Assembly: GCA_038087875.1 (NCBI GenBank)
Contig: CM075994.1
Span: 7,876,001 to 7,940,000, forward strand
DNA: 64,000 bases
Origin: Malacoraja senta
Lineage: Eukaryota
Reading direction: 5' to 3'
The stretch's first letter is position 1; each line of letters opens with the position of its first letter. The notes beneath the pieces are model-generated. The model searched no databases. It was not told the DNA's origin and worked only from the letters and a program-made list of their open reading frames with translations. Positions 26,706 through 38,165 of this stretch are shown here, one piece after another. The position numbers and the translations under genes were made by a program.

Positions 26706-27919
26706 ATAAAAAATCTTTTCACTGTACATCGGTACACGTGAATATTATATACTGGATGGGACGCCGTTCCAAGAGGGCGAGCACGTGGACCGCACGTGGC
26801 CTACAGCGGTGGAGCAGCAGCGGAAGACACCACGGATACGCTTGGCCAGGCCGACCCTGCAACGCCGCCAGGACAACAGACCTTCATGGTCAGGTCAAGA
26901 TCCCTGCAATTACAACAACTGGGACTCGGTAATGATGCCAAACTGGCGAATCTGAAGATGGGTCTCGACCCGAAACGTCACCCATTCCTTCTCTCCAGAG
27001 ACGCTGCCTGTCCCGCTGAGTTACTCCAGCTTTTTGTGTCTATCTTCGGTTTAAACCGGCATCTGCAGTTCCTTCCTACGCTGTCTCAGTGAGCTACTGC
27101 TATACACTTGTACTGTATCTGCGATGCTGAACTAAGATGTATCTAAGTGTACCGTGCCACTTGCATACAAATATGAATTGCACTGTACCTCGGTACATGC
27201 ACGATATGATACGATAGAACTTCACTTATCCCAGGAAAGAAATTGGTCAAATGTGAGAAATAAAGTTACCACACCATACCAAATGTTTAAGAATAAGGAG
27301 TAAGCCATTTAGAACGGAGACGAGGAAACACTTTTTCTCACAGGGAGTGGTGAGTCTGGAATTCTCTGCCTCAGAGGGCGGTGGAGGCAGGTTCTCTGGA
27401 TGCTTTCAAGAGAGAGCTAGATAGGGCTCTTAAAGATAGCAGAGTCAGGGGATATGGGGAGAAGGCAGGAACTGATTGGGAATGATCAGCCATGATCACA
27501 TTGAATGGCGGTGCTCGCTCAAAGGGCCGAATGGCCTCCTCCTGCACCGAATTGTCTATTATCTATTGTCAAATGAAACTAAACTAAGTGAAACTACACG
27601 GTAGAGTTGCTGCCTCACAGCGCCAGAGACCCGGGTTCAATCCCGACTACAGGTGCTGTCTGTACGGAGTTTGCACGGTCTCCCCGTGGGTTTTATCCAG
27701 GTGCTTTGGTTTCCTCCCACACTCGAAAGGCGTGCCGGCATGTAGGTTTCTCGGCTTGGTATGAATGTAAAATTGTCCCGTGTGGGTGTAGGATAGTGTT
27801 AGTGTGCGGGGATCGCTGGTCGGCGCGGACTCGGTGGGCCGAAAGGGCCTGTTTCTGCGCTGTATCTCTAAACTAAACTCAACTCAACTAACCGGAAAGA
27901 AGATAGAAGGGCTACTCAC

Positions 27920-27990
27920 AAATAATGAGAGTTTCAGTTCATCGTTCACGGGCCTCATGTAGTGATCCAGTGTGAAAACCCGGTACAAAA
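27920..27990 (-). CDS. C4: Complement C4-like exon 4 (VLYRVFTLDHYMRPVNDELKLSLF)
   Basis: 71 nt, tttacAG / gtgagt, phase 1->0; matches human C4 VRYRVFALDQKMRP. Confidence 0.92.
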
Positions 27991-29676
27991 CTGTAAATTA
28001 ACAGGGCAAGTGTATCAGCAGAAATTTGTTCCAAATCCTCCTTTCAGATTCATTCTTATATTAAGACCATAAGACACAAGTGCAGAATTAGGCCATTCGG
28101 CCCATCAAGTCTACTCTGCCATTCAATCATGGCTGATCTATCTCTCCCTCTCAACCACATTCTCCTGCCTTCTCCCCATAACCCCTGACACCCGCACTGA
28201 TCAGATATCTATCTATCTCTGCCTTAAATATATCCACTCCACAGCCACTGTCTTTGGCAAGAATTCCACAGATTCACCACCCTCCATGTAAAGAAATTCC
28301 TTCTCATCTCCTTCCTAAAGGAACGTCCTTTAATCCCACGAGTGGAAACATCCTCTCCACAACCACTCTATCCAGGCATTCCATTATTCGGTAAGTTTCA
28401 ATGAGGATCCCCCTCATCCTTCTAAGAACTCCAGCGAGTACAGGCCCAGTGCTCACAGATGCACACATACACACACATACACAGGCAGACATACACGGGC
28501 ACACAAAATAATAGTAATATACTGCGTTACACATGCAGACAATTGCACAGAATTAAACACAAGTATCTCACATGTGCAATGCACACACACACACACACAC
28601 ACACACTTGCGTGGTCACACTCATAATTTCCAATAAAACACACACATGCATACCCATGTACACACTAACAGTGGCGTGCATGCGTTTGTGTACGTATGCG
28701 TGTCCGTGAGTGAATGCATCAGTGTTTATGTGGGTACAGGTCTGCATTCATATGTGTGCATGTATGTGTGTGTGTGTGTGTGTGAGTGTGAGAGAGTGAG
28801 TGTGAGAGCGTGAGTGAGAATGAGCGAGCAAGTGTCTGCGTTTGTGTGTGTGTGTGTAGAGATACAGCATGGAAACAGGCCCTTCAGCCCCACCGGTTCC
28901 ACACCGACCATCGATCGCTTGTCCACACACTAGTTCTACATTATCCCACTTATCCATCCACTCCCGACACACCAGGGAGAATTTACAGAGGGGCCGATTA
29001 ACCTACAAGCCCGCACGTCTTTGAGGGTGTGGGAGGAAACCGGAGCGCCCGGAGGAAACCCACGCGGTCACAGGGAATCACAGAGATACCCTTCAATTTC
29101 TCTATGTCCCCCTCTCCCTTGACTTTCAGTCTGAAGAAGGGTCTCAACCTGAAACGTCACCTATTCCTTCTCTCCAGAGATGCAACCAGTCCCACTGAGT
29201 TACTCCAGCATTTTGTGTCTATCTTCGGTTTAAACCAGCATCTGCAGTTCCTTCCTACACATTTAGTTTAGTTTAGTTTGGGATACAGCGCGGAAACAAG
29301 CCCTTGGGCCCACCGGTTCCACACCGACCAGCGATGCACACATATTAACACACACCAGGGACAATTTTTACATTTACCAAGCCAATTTACCAACATGCCT
29401 GTACGTCTTTGGAGTGTGGGAGGAAACTGAAGATCTCGGAGAAAACCCACGCAGGCCATGGGGAGAACATACAAACTGCACAGTCAGGGCCCGTAGTCGG
29501 GATCGAACCCGAGGCTCGAACTCTACCGCTGTGCCACCGTGCAGCCCTGTTTCATTATAGTCATCAGTTTATTGTCACGTGTACCGAGGCACAGTGGGAA
29601 GCTAACCAATCAGCGGCAAGACTGCGCCCGCGCGCGTGGGACGGTAAACGTAAACTGGGAGACCGGCAGCACTCAC

Positions 29677-29857
29677 CGTTCTGGTCGGGAGTGTACACGG
29701 GCTTGTCCGTCTGAATGAAAATGTAGCCTCGTTTGGTGGACATTTTGACGGGCACCATCCGACGGCGATGGAAGAGTTGCCGGCTCTCAACCACCAGGTA
29801 CACGTACTTGCGCCGGCGTCTCCACAGCTGCAGGTCCTTCACAACCTTCTTGGAGAT
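29677..29857 (-). CDS. C4: Complement C4-like exon 3 (ISKKVVKDLQLWRRRRKYVYLVVESRQLFHRRRMVPVKMSTKRGYIFIQTDKPVYTPDQN)
   Basis: 181 nt, cccgcAG / gtgagt, phase 0->1; GYIFIQTDKPVYTP is the C3/C4/C5/A2M MG2 signature. Confidence 0.92.
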
Positions 29858-29868
29858 CTGCGGGAGGA

Positions 29869-30965
29869 GTTGAGTTGGGTTGGGTTTGGGTTGGGTTGGG
29901 ATGGGATGGGTTGGGTTGGGTTGGGTTTGATTGGGTTGCGTTGGGTTGGTTTGAGTTGGGTTGGGTTGAGTTGGGTTGGGGAGGGGTTGGGTTGTGTTGG
30001 GTTGGGTTGGGTTGGTTTGGGGAGGTGTTGGGTTGGGTTGGTTTAGGTTGGGTTGGTTTGAGTTGTGTTGTGTTGGGTTGGGGTTGGGGTTGGGGTTGGG
30101 TTGGTTTGAGTTGTGTTGTGTTGGGTTGGGTTGGGATGGTTTGAGTTGGGTTGGGTTGAGTTGGGTTGGGTTGGGTTGAGTTGGGTTGGGTTGAGTTTGG
30201 TTGGGTTGGGTTGGTTTTAGGTTTGGGTTAGGTTGGGTTGGGTTGAGTTGGGTTGCGTTGAGTTGGGTTGGGTTGGTTTTAGGGTTGGGTTGGGTTGGGT
30301 TGGGTTGGGTTGAGTTGGGTTGGGTTGGGTTGGGTTGGGTTGGGTTGAGTTTGGTTGGGTTCGGTTGGTTTTAGGGTTGGGTTGGGTTGAGTTGGGTTGC
30401 GTTGAGTTGGGTTGAGTTGGTTTTATGGTTGGGTTGGGTTGAGTTGGGTTGGGTTGGGTTGGGTTGGGTTGGGTTGGGTTTGGGTTGGGTTTGGGTTGGG
30501 TTGGGTTGGGGTTGGGTTGGTTTGAGTTGTGTTGGGTTGGGTTGGGATGGGTTGAGTTGGGTTGGGTTGTGTTGGGTTGTGTTGGGTTGAGTTGGGTTGG
30601 GTTGGGGAGGGGTTGGTTTGGGTTGGGTTGGGATGGGTTGGGTGAGTTGGATAGGGTTGGGTTGGGTTGAGTTGGATTGGGTTGGGTTGGGTTGGGTTGA
30701 GTTAGGTTCGATTGGGCTGGGTTGAGTTGTGTTCGGATGGGTGGGGTTGGGTTGAGTTGGGTTGGGTTGGGGTTGGGTTGGGTTGGGTTGGGATGGTTTG
30801 AGTTGGGTTGGGTTGTGTTGGGTTGGGTTGGGTTGGGTTGGGTTGGGATGGTTTGAGTTGGGTTGGGTTGTGTTGGGTTGGGTTGGGTTGAGTTGGGTCG
30901 GGGTTGGGTTGGTTGAGTTGGATTGAGTTCAGTTCAGTTCAGTGTAGTTCAGTTCAGTGTAGTTC
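29869..30965. repeat. (GGGTT)n pentamer satellite, about 1.06 kb, grading into (AGTTC)n
   Basis: Direct observation; fills most of C4 intron 2. Confidence 0.97.
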
Positions 30966-31030
30966 ATTACTGCCTTAAAAATATCCACTGACTTGGACAG
31001 ACCATATAAGTTATTATTATTATTACTCAC

Positions 31031-31223
31031 GGTTATGGTCTTGATCTCCCGGTACCCGTTCCCGGTGTTGAGGGTGAAGGTGATGACGTTGGAACATGCC
31101 TTGGATCTGATGATATCGTAGTAGTAGACATTGACAGTGACGGGTTGGTCAGCACCATGGAGCTGAATCCCCACGCTCTCCGCAACTCCGACATGGACGA
31201 TACTGGGGCAGGTGATCAGGTAC
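31031..31223 (-). CDS. C4: Complement C4-like exon 2 (YLITCPSIVHVGVAESVGIQLHGADQPVTVNVYYYDIIRSKACSNVITFTLNTGNGYREIKTIT)
   Basis: 193 nt, ctctcAG / gtgagt, phase 2->0; resembles the C4 beta-chain N-terminus (human [20 protein letters not shown]). Confidence 0.9.
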
Positions 31224-33097
31224 CTGAGAGACACCTTCATGAACTTCAATACAGAACACGAGAGTCAGGAAGGGGGCGGGGCGGGCGATGGCACGGTGGC
31301 GCAGCGGGTAGAACCACTGCCTCACGGCGCCGGAGACCTGGGTCCAATCCCGACCTCATGCGATGTCTGAGATGTCAACATATAGAGTGATACAGCACAA
31401 AAACAGGCCCTTCGGCCCAACTTGCCCATACTGACCAAGGTGCCCCATCTACACTGGTCCCACCTGCCCGCGTTTGGCCCATAAACCTTTCCTACCTCCT
31501 CTGGCAGCTCGTTCCATACACCCACCACCCTCTGCATGGAAAAAGTTGCCCCTAAGGTTAGAAACATAGAATGTAGGTGCAGGATGGGGCATCTTCATCT
31601 GTGTGGGCAAGTTGGGCCGAAGGGCCTGTTTCCGTGCTGTACAACTCTATGACTACATAGAAACCTAGAAACATAGAAAATAGGTGCAGGTGCAGGCCAT
31701 TCGGCCCTTCGATCCAGTGCCGCCATTCAACATGATCACGGCTGATCATCGAAACTCAGTACCGCGTTCCTGCTTTCTCCCCATATCCCTTGATTCCGTT
31801 AGCCCCAAGAGCTAAAGCTAACTCTCTCTTGAAAACATCCAGTGAATTTTCCTCCACTGTCTTCTGTGGCAGAGAATTCTGGATTCACAACTCTCATGGT
31901 GAAAAGTTTTTCCTCATCTCAGTCCTAAATGGCCGACCCCTTATTCTTAAACTGTGTGACCCCTGGTTCTGGACTCCCCCAACATCGGGAACATTTTTCC
32001 TGCATCTAGCCTGTCCAATCCCTTAAGAATTTTATATGTTACCTACCCTTTATTCTTAATTCAAGACATGTTCCCATTAAATCTTTCCCCTCTCTTTCCC
32101 CCAGGGCGGCATGGTGACGCAGCGGTCGAGTTGCCGCCTCCGTGCTCCAGACACCCGGGTTCCATCCCGACCTTGTGTTGTCCCTAGTTGTGCGTTCTCC
32201 CCGTGACCCGCGTGGGTTTCCTCCAGGTGCTCCGGTTTCCTCCCGTACTCCAAAGACGTGCAGGATTGTCGGCTAATTGGCTTCGGTATAATTACGCTGT
32301 TTGAGAACCAATCCAACGTGTGAGCACCAACATGGGCAAGTTGGGCTGAAGGGCCTGTTTCCGTGCTGTACGACTCAGTGGATTGTAGCACTTAGAGTTA
32401 CAGAGTCGTACAGCATGGAAATAGGGCAAGCTGGACCACTAGGGGGCGCTGAACGATGGCAGCCTCGCCAGCAGTCTGTTATTTTAGTGTGTTTTTAAAG
32501 TTTATGTTAATGTTCTCTGGTTTGTTTTATGTGGGGGGGAGGGGGGGGGGAGGGGGAAACTTTTTTCAATCTGTTACCTTGCCGAAGATGCGATTGTTTT
32601 CCGGATCGTATCTCCGGTCACTCTGCACCCTAACATCATGGAGCTGGAGGCCTTGCTCGGGACTGACTTTTGAGCCCCACCGCGGGGCGGGGACTTAACA
32701 TCGGAGCTGATCGCTTGCCTGGGATCGATGCTCCAATCGCCGCCTGCAGACTTAACCATCGAGAGCTCGCAGTCTCGGGAGAGGCAGTTGACGTCTGGAG
32801 CTCCAATGATGCAGATGGTTTGATTAGCCCCGATCGCCCGGCGCGGGGCAACTGAGAATCCCCCCCTGATGCAGGAGCTTGATCGCCCCGACGCGGAGGA
32901 CCCGACCGCCGGCTACGGGAGTAAGATCACCCCGTCAACGGAAGGCTCAAGGCCCCCAACCGCGGGAGAACAAAGAAGGGAGAGATTGAACTTTTTTTTC
33001 GCCTTCCATCACAGTGAGGAATGTGGAGGAGTCAATGTGGTGGATGTTTATGTTAAAATGAATTTTAGAACAGAAGAATGGGGGGGGGGGGGGGGGA

Positions 33098-33490
33098 GGG
33101 ATGACCTCATTGAAACTTACAGAATAGTGAAAGGTTTGGATAGAGTGGATGTGGAGAGGATGTTTCCACTGGTGGGAGAGTCTAGGACCAGAGGTCACAG
33201 CCTCAGAATTAAAGGACGTTCTTTTAGGAAGGAGATAAGGAGGAATTTATTTAGTCAGAGGGTGGTGAATCTGTGGAATTCTTTGCCACAGAAGGCTGTG
33301 GAGGCCAAGTCAGTGGATATGTTTAAGGCAGAGATAGATAGATTCTTGATTAGTACGGGGGTCAGGGGTTATGGGGAGAAGGCAGGAGAATGGGGTTGGG
33401 AGGGAGAGATAGATTAGCCATGATTGAATGGTGGAGTAGTCTTGATGGGCCGAATGGCCTAATTCAGCTCCAATCACATGACCTTATGAC
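33098..33490 (+). mobile_element. CR1 LINE 3' fragment
   Basis: DLIETYRIVKGLDRVDVERMFPLVGESRTRGHSLR; similar copies at 47305-47755, 49195-49625, 50995-51330 and 53490-54060. Confidence 0.9.
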
Positions 33491-34417
33491 TCTAAGCATC
33501 TACCTCGACTATTCCCCTCGTGATCTTATACCCCACTAGAATACAGAATGGAACTGCGGATGCTGGTATATAAAGAAGGTAGACTTTAGACTTTAGAGAA
33601 ATGGCGTAGAAACATGTCCTTCGGCCCACTGAGTCCGCGCCGACCAGTGATCACCTTGTACACTAACACTATCCTACACATTCGGGACAACTTACAATTT
33701 TACAGGAGCCAATTAACCTACAAATCTGGAGTGTGGGAAGAAACCGAAGATCTCGGAGAAAACCCGCACTGGTCACGGGGAGAACGTACAAATTCTGTAC
33801 GGACAGCACCCGTAGTCAGGATCGAACCGGGGTCTCTGGTGCTGTGAGGCAGCAACTCTACCGCTGCACCACCATGCCGCTACAAAATGCTGGAGTAACT
33901 CAGCGGGTCAGGCAGTATCTCCGTAGAAATAGGGGTCGGACCCGAAACATCACCCACCCTTCTTCTCCAGAGATGGTGCCTGTCCCGCTAAGTTAGTCCA
34001 GCACTATCTAGAAACATAGAAAAACATAGAAAATAGGTACAGGAGTAGGCCATTCGGCCCTTCGAGCCAGCACCGCCATTCAATGTGATCACGGCTGATC
34101 ATCCAAAATCAGTACCTGTTCCAAAATCAGTACCAAAACCGTTCCTGCTTTCTCCCCATATCCCATGATTCTGTTCAGCAGTTAAATCTAACTCTCTCTT
34201 GAAAGCATCCAGTGAATTGGCCTCCGCTGCCTTCTGTGGCAGAGAATTCCACAACTCTCTGGGAGAAAAAAGTTATTCCTCATCTCAGTCCCTTAGTCTT
34301 AAAATCTGACCCCTGGTTCCGGACTCCCCCAACATCGGGAACATTTTTCCTGCATCTAGCCTGTCCAATCCCTTAATAATTTAAGGGATTTAAGAATTAC
34401 GATGTACTTGTACTTAC

Positions 34418-34500
34418 GAAGGTATTTGCCCAGCTACTGAGACGATCAGATAGGAGAGAAGAGGAAGCCACATTCTTGATAAAAGTCGCACTTGGAACAT
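34418..34500 (-). CDS. C4: Complement C4-like exon 1, signal peptide (MFQVRLLSRMWLPLLSYLIVSVAGQIPS); alternative ATG at 34473
   Basis: Hydrophobic leader ending VAG-Q; donor TC|gtaagt, phase 2, joins exon 2 in frame. Confidence 0.8.
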
Positions 34501-34655
34501 GAAGATAACCAGTCTCGCCGTGTCAGTATCTGTGGAAGGCTCCAACTCATCTCTTAGTATCAACAGTCGGCTATCGACCCATTCAAAGTTACTGATTCAC
34601 TCGTGGCATTTAGAATCTGAACCGCACTGACAAATGGACCCTCTCTGTTTGTTTG
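34501..34655 (-). promoter_or_regulatory. Putative C4 5' UTR / proximal promoter with HNF1-like and forkhead-like motifs
   Basis: Unique sequence directly upstream of the ATG; GTTACTGATTCAC at 34588-34600 (2 mismatches to HNF1 GTTAATNATTAAC); TGTTTGTTT at 34646-34654. Confidence 0.4.
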
Positions 34656-34944
34656 GAGTCACAGAGCGATACAGTGTGGAAACAACTGGCCCATACCGGC
34701 CAACATGTCCCAGCTACACTAGTCCCACCAGTCCGCGTTTGGCCCATATCCCTCCAATCCTGTCCTATCCACGTACCTGTCTTAATGTTTCTTAAATGAT
34801 GGGATAGTCCCAGCCTCAACTACCTCCTCCGGCAGCTTGTTCCATACACCCACCACCGTTTGTGTGAAAAAGTTACCCCTCAGATTCCTATCAAATCTTT
34901 CCCCCTTCACCTTAAACCTATGTCCTTTGGAAGGAACTACAGAT

Positions 34945-35890
34945 GATAGACACAAAAAGCTGGAGTAACTCAGCAGGACAGGCAGCATCTCTGGAGAGAA
35001 GGAATAGGTGACGTTTCAGGTTGAGACCCTTCTTCGGACTGAAAGTCAGGGGAGTGTGCGGGACAGAGATAGAATGTAGTCGGAGACAGTAAGACTGGTT
35101 GGAGAACCGGGAAGGGGGAGAGAGAGGGAAAGCAAGGGTTACTTGAAGTTAGAGAAGTCAATGTTCATACCGCTGGGGTGTAAGCTGCCCAAGCAAAATA
35201 TGAGGTGCTGTTCCTCCAATTAGCGCTGGGCCTAGAGTTGCCAACTGTCCCATATTAGCCGGGACATCCCGTATATTGGGCTAAATTGGTTTGTCCCGTA
35301 CGGGACCGCCCTTGTCCTGTATTTGACTGCTACTACTCGGGTCGAGGGGACTGTCGGGTCGGAGCGCCGCGTCCGGCCCCGCCTCACCCGTCCCGACGTA
35401 GTGAAGCCCATGGAGTGCAGCAGCAGCAGCAGCAGCAGCGCCTCGCCCGTGGCCCCGTCGGTCGGCAGCCCGGCCAGTTGTCCGACCTTCGGACCTTCGC
35501 TTACCGCCGACACCACCACCCCTCCTTCTCATGGCCGATCATCGGTTCGTGAGTTGGATGGGGAGCCGGACTTTGCGCGCGGCCCCCGGGGCCACAACTC
35601 CTCAGCTGGCCCCGCCGGCTGGGCTTTGTGTGTAGTCCAGCACCCGGGCCAACTCATCATTCACCCAGACACGGCCCAGTCGCTCAACGAATTGCCGTCG
35701 GGTATTTGTCCCGTATTTGGGAGTGAGGAAGTTGGCAAACCCTATCTGGGCCTCACTCTGACAGTGGAGGAGGCCCAGGACAGAAAGGTCAGTGTGGGAA
35801 TGGGAGGGGGAGTTACAGTGTTTGGCAACCGGGAGATCAGGTAGGTACTGGCGGACTGAGTTCAGCCAAACGATCGCCGAGCCTGCACGT
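34945..35890 (-). mobile_element. Penelope-like 3' fragment interrupted by a hAT MITE
   Basis: End of GIY-YIG domain plus terminal repeat, continuous on both sides of 35233-35744. Confidence 0.8.
35233..35744. mobile_element. Second copy of the hAT-type MITE
   Basis: TAGAGTTGCCAAC...GTTGGCAAACCCTA; TSD gctgggcc/tctgggcc; highly similar to 21866-22401. Confidence 0.9.
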
Positions 35891-37129
35891 GGTCTTCAGG
35901 GCCACAGATTGTCCACACTGCCCCTCATTGCCAAATGATCCCTGGTTTATCGTCCATCACGTGGTTTCCCCGAAGCCCTCAGATCACCCACTGGTTATCT
36001 GATTGGACGATTCGCAGGTAAACATTGCGGTCAAACACAAAACACAAAGTGCTGGAGTAGCTCGGCAGGTCAGGCAGCATCTCTGGAGGTCATGGATAGA
36101 CCACACCTGTAGAGTCATACAGCGTGGAAACTGGCCCATCGGCCCAACTTGCCCACACATGTCCCAGCTACACTAGTCCCACCTGTCCGCGTTTGGCCCA
36201 TATCCCTCCAAACCTGTCCTATCCATGTACCTGTCTGTTTCTTAAAATATCTCAACTACATCCTCTGGCAGCTTGTTCCATACACCCACCACCCTTTGCG
36301 TGAAAAAGTTACCCCTCAGATTCCTATTAAATCTTTCCCCTTCACCTTAAACCTATGTCCTCTGGTCCTCGATTCCCCTACTCTGGGCAAGAGACTCTCT
36401 GCGTTTACCCGATCTAATCCTCTCATGATTTTATACACCTCTGTAAGATCACTCCTCATCCTCCTGCGCTCCAAGGAATAGAGACCCAGCCTGCTCAACC
36501 TCTCCCTGTAGCTCAGGCCCTCTAGTCCTGGCAACATCCTTGTCAATCTTCTCTGCACGTTGACATTGATCGGGGTGGCACGGTGGCGCAGCGGTAGAGT
36601 TGCTGCCTTACAGCACCAGAGACCCGGGTTCGATCCTGGCTACGGGTGCTGTCTGTTTAAACTCTGGTACAGCTTCACCACCGATTTTCCGGCACCCTTG
36701 GTTCCAGGGCCTTGCTGGATTATCCGCGTTGCCGGACCAACAGAGGTCCTGGCCTCCGAGAGGAATCCAACGGTTCCGGAACGTTCCGCCTGGGCCGCCG
36801 AGGGGCCTAGCTACCGGCCAGCTAAGTCCGGCCTCAGGAGTCGGCTACAGGAACGGATCTGCCGGCTCCAGCCGGGCCGGAGTTCCAGAGCCCCGGCCGC
36901 AGGGACCCGCTGATCGGCCGCGGAAGTCCCAATGAGGCCGAGATCGGCCGCCTCACCCGACCTAGTGGGCAGATGCATAACAGACGCAGTTTAATGTGGA
37001 TAAATATGAGGTTATCCACTTTGGTGGTAAGAACAAGAAGGCAGATTATTATCTGAATGGTGTCAGGTTGGGAAAAGGGGAAGTACAATGAGACCTGGGT
37101 GTCCTTGTCCATCAGACACTGAAAGTAAG

Positions 37130-37852
37130 CCATATAACCATATAACCATAACAGCACGGAAACAGGCCATCTCGGCCCTTCAAGTCCGTGCCGAACATTT
37201 TTTTTTTTTAATTTTTTTTTTTTTTTTTTAAATTAAAAATAAATACTTCCCCCTAGTCCCATCTACCTGCACTCAGACCATAACCCTCCATTCCTTTCCC
37301 GTCCATATACCCATCCAATCTATTTTTAAAGGATAACATCGAACCTGCCTCCACCACTTCCACTGGAAGCTCATTCCACACAGCTACCACTCTCTGAGTA
37401 AAGAAGTTCCCCCTAATGTTCCCCCTAAACTTCTGTCCCTTAATTCTCAAGTCATGTCCCCTTGTTTGAATCTTCCCTACTCTCAATGGGAAAAGCTTAT
37501 CCACGTCCACTCGGTCTAACCCGCTCATAATTTTAAAGACCTCTATCAAGTCCCCTCTTAACCTTCTGCGCTCCAAAGAATAAAGACCTAACTTGTTCAA
37601 CCTTTCTCTGTAACTTAGTTGCTGAAACCCAGGCAACATTCTAGTAAATCTCCTCTGTACTCTCTCTATTTTGTTGACATCCTTCCTATAATTAGGCGAC
37701 CAAAATTGTACTCCATACTCCAGAATTGGCCTCACCAATGCCTTGTACAATTTTAACATTACATCCCAACTTCTATATTCAATGCTCTGATTTATAAAGG
37801 CCAGCACACCAAAAGCTTTCTTTACCACCCTATCTACATGAGATTCCACCTT
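37130..37852 (-). mobile_element. Young CR1 LINE 3' fragment (198-aa open RT C-terminus)
   Basis: ORF 37253-37849 with LYKALVRPILEYGVQFWSP. Confidence 0.92.
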
Positions 37853-37854
37853 CT

Positions 37855-38165
37855 AAGCATGCTAAGCATGCAGGTACAGCAGGCAGTGAAGAAAGCGAAT
37901 GGAATGTTGGCCTTCATTGCGTGAGGAGTTGAGCATAGGAGCAAAGAGGTCCTTCTGCAGTTGTACAGGGCGCTGGTGAGACCAAACCTGGAGTATTGTG
38001 TGCAGTTTTGGTCTCTTAATTTGAGGAAGGACATTTGAGGAAGGACATATTGAGGGAGTGCCGCGTAGGTTCACCAGGTTAATTCCCGGGATGGCGGGAC
38101 TGTCATATGAGGTAAGAATGGAGCGACTGGGCTTGTATTCACTGGAATTTAGAAGGATGAGAGGA
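37855..38165 (+). mobile_element. CR1 LINE fragment, continuing 36965-37128
   Basis: QVQQAVKKANGMLAFI coding sequence. Confidence 0.85.

Noticed and set aside
26740..26950. GC-rich unique-looking stretch as a C4 exon
   Set aside because: C4 exons 4 and 5 already join in phase; no C4-like peptide or convincing splice pair; probably a repeat relic
29768..30670. Gly/Trp/Val/Leu ORFs; possible true telomere
   Set aside because: Translations of (GGGTT)n; the unit is not TTAGGG and lies inside an intron
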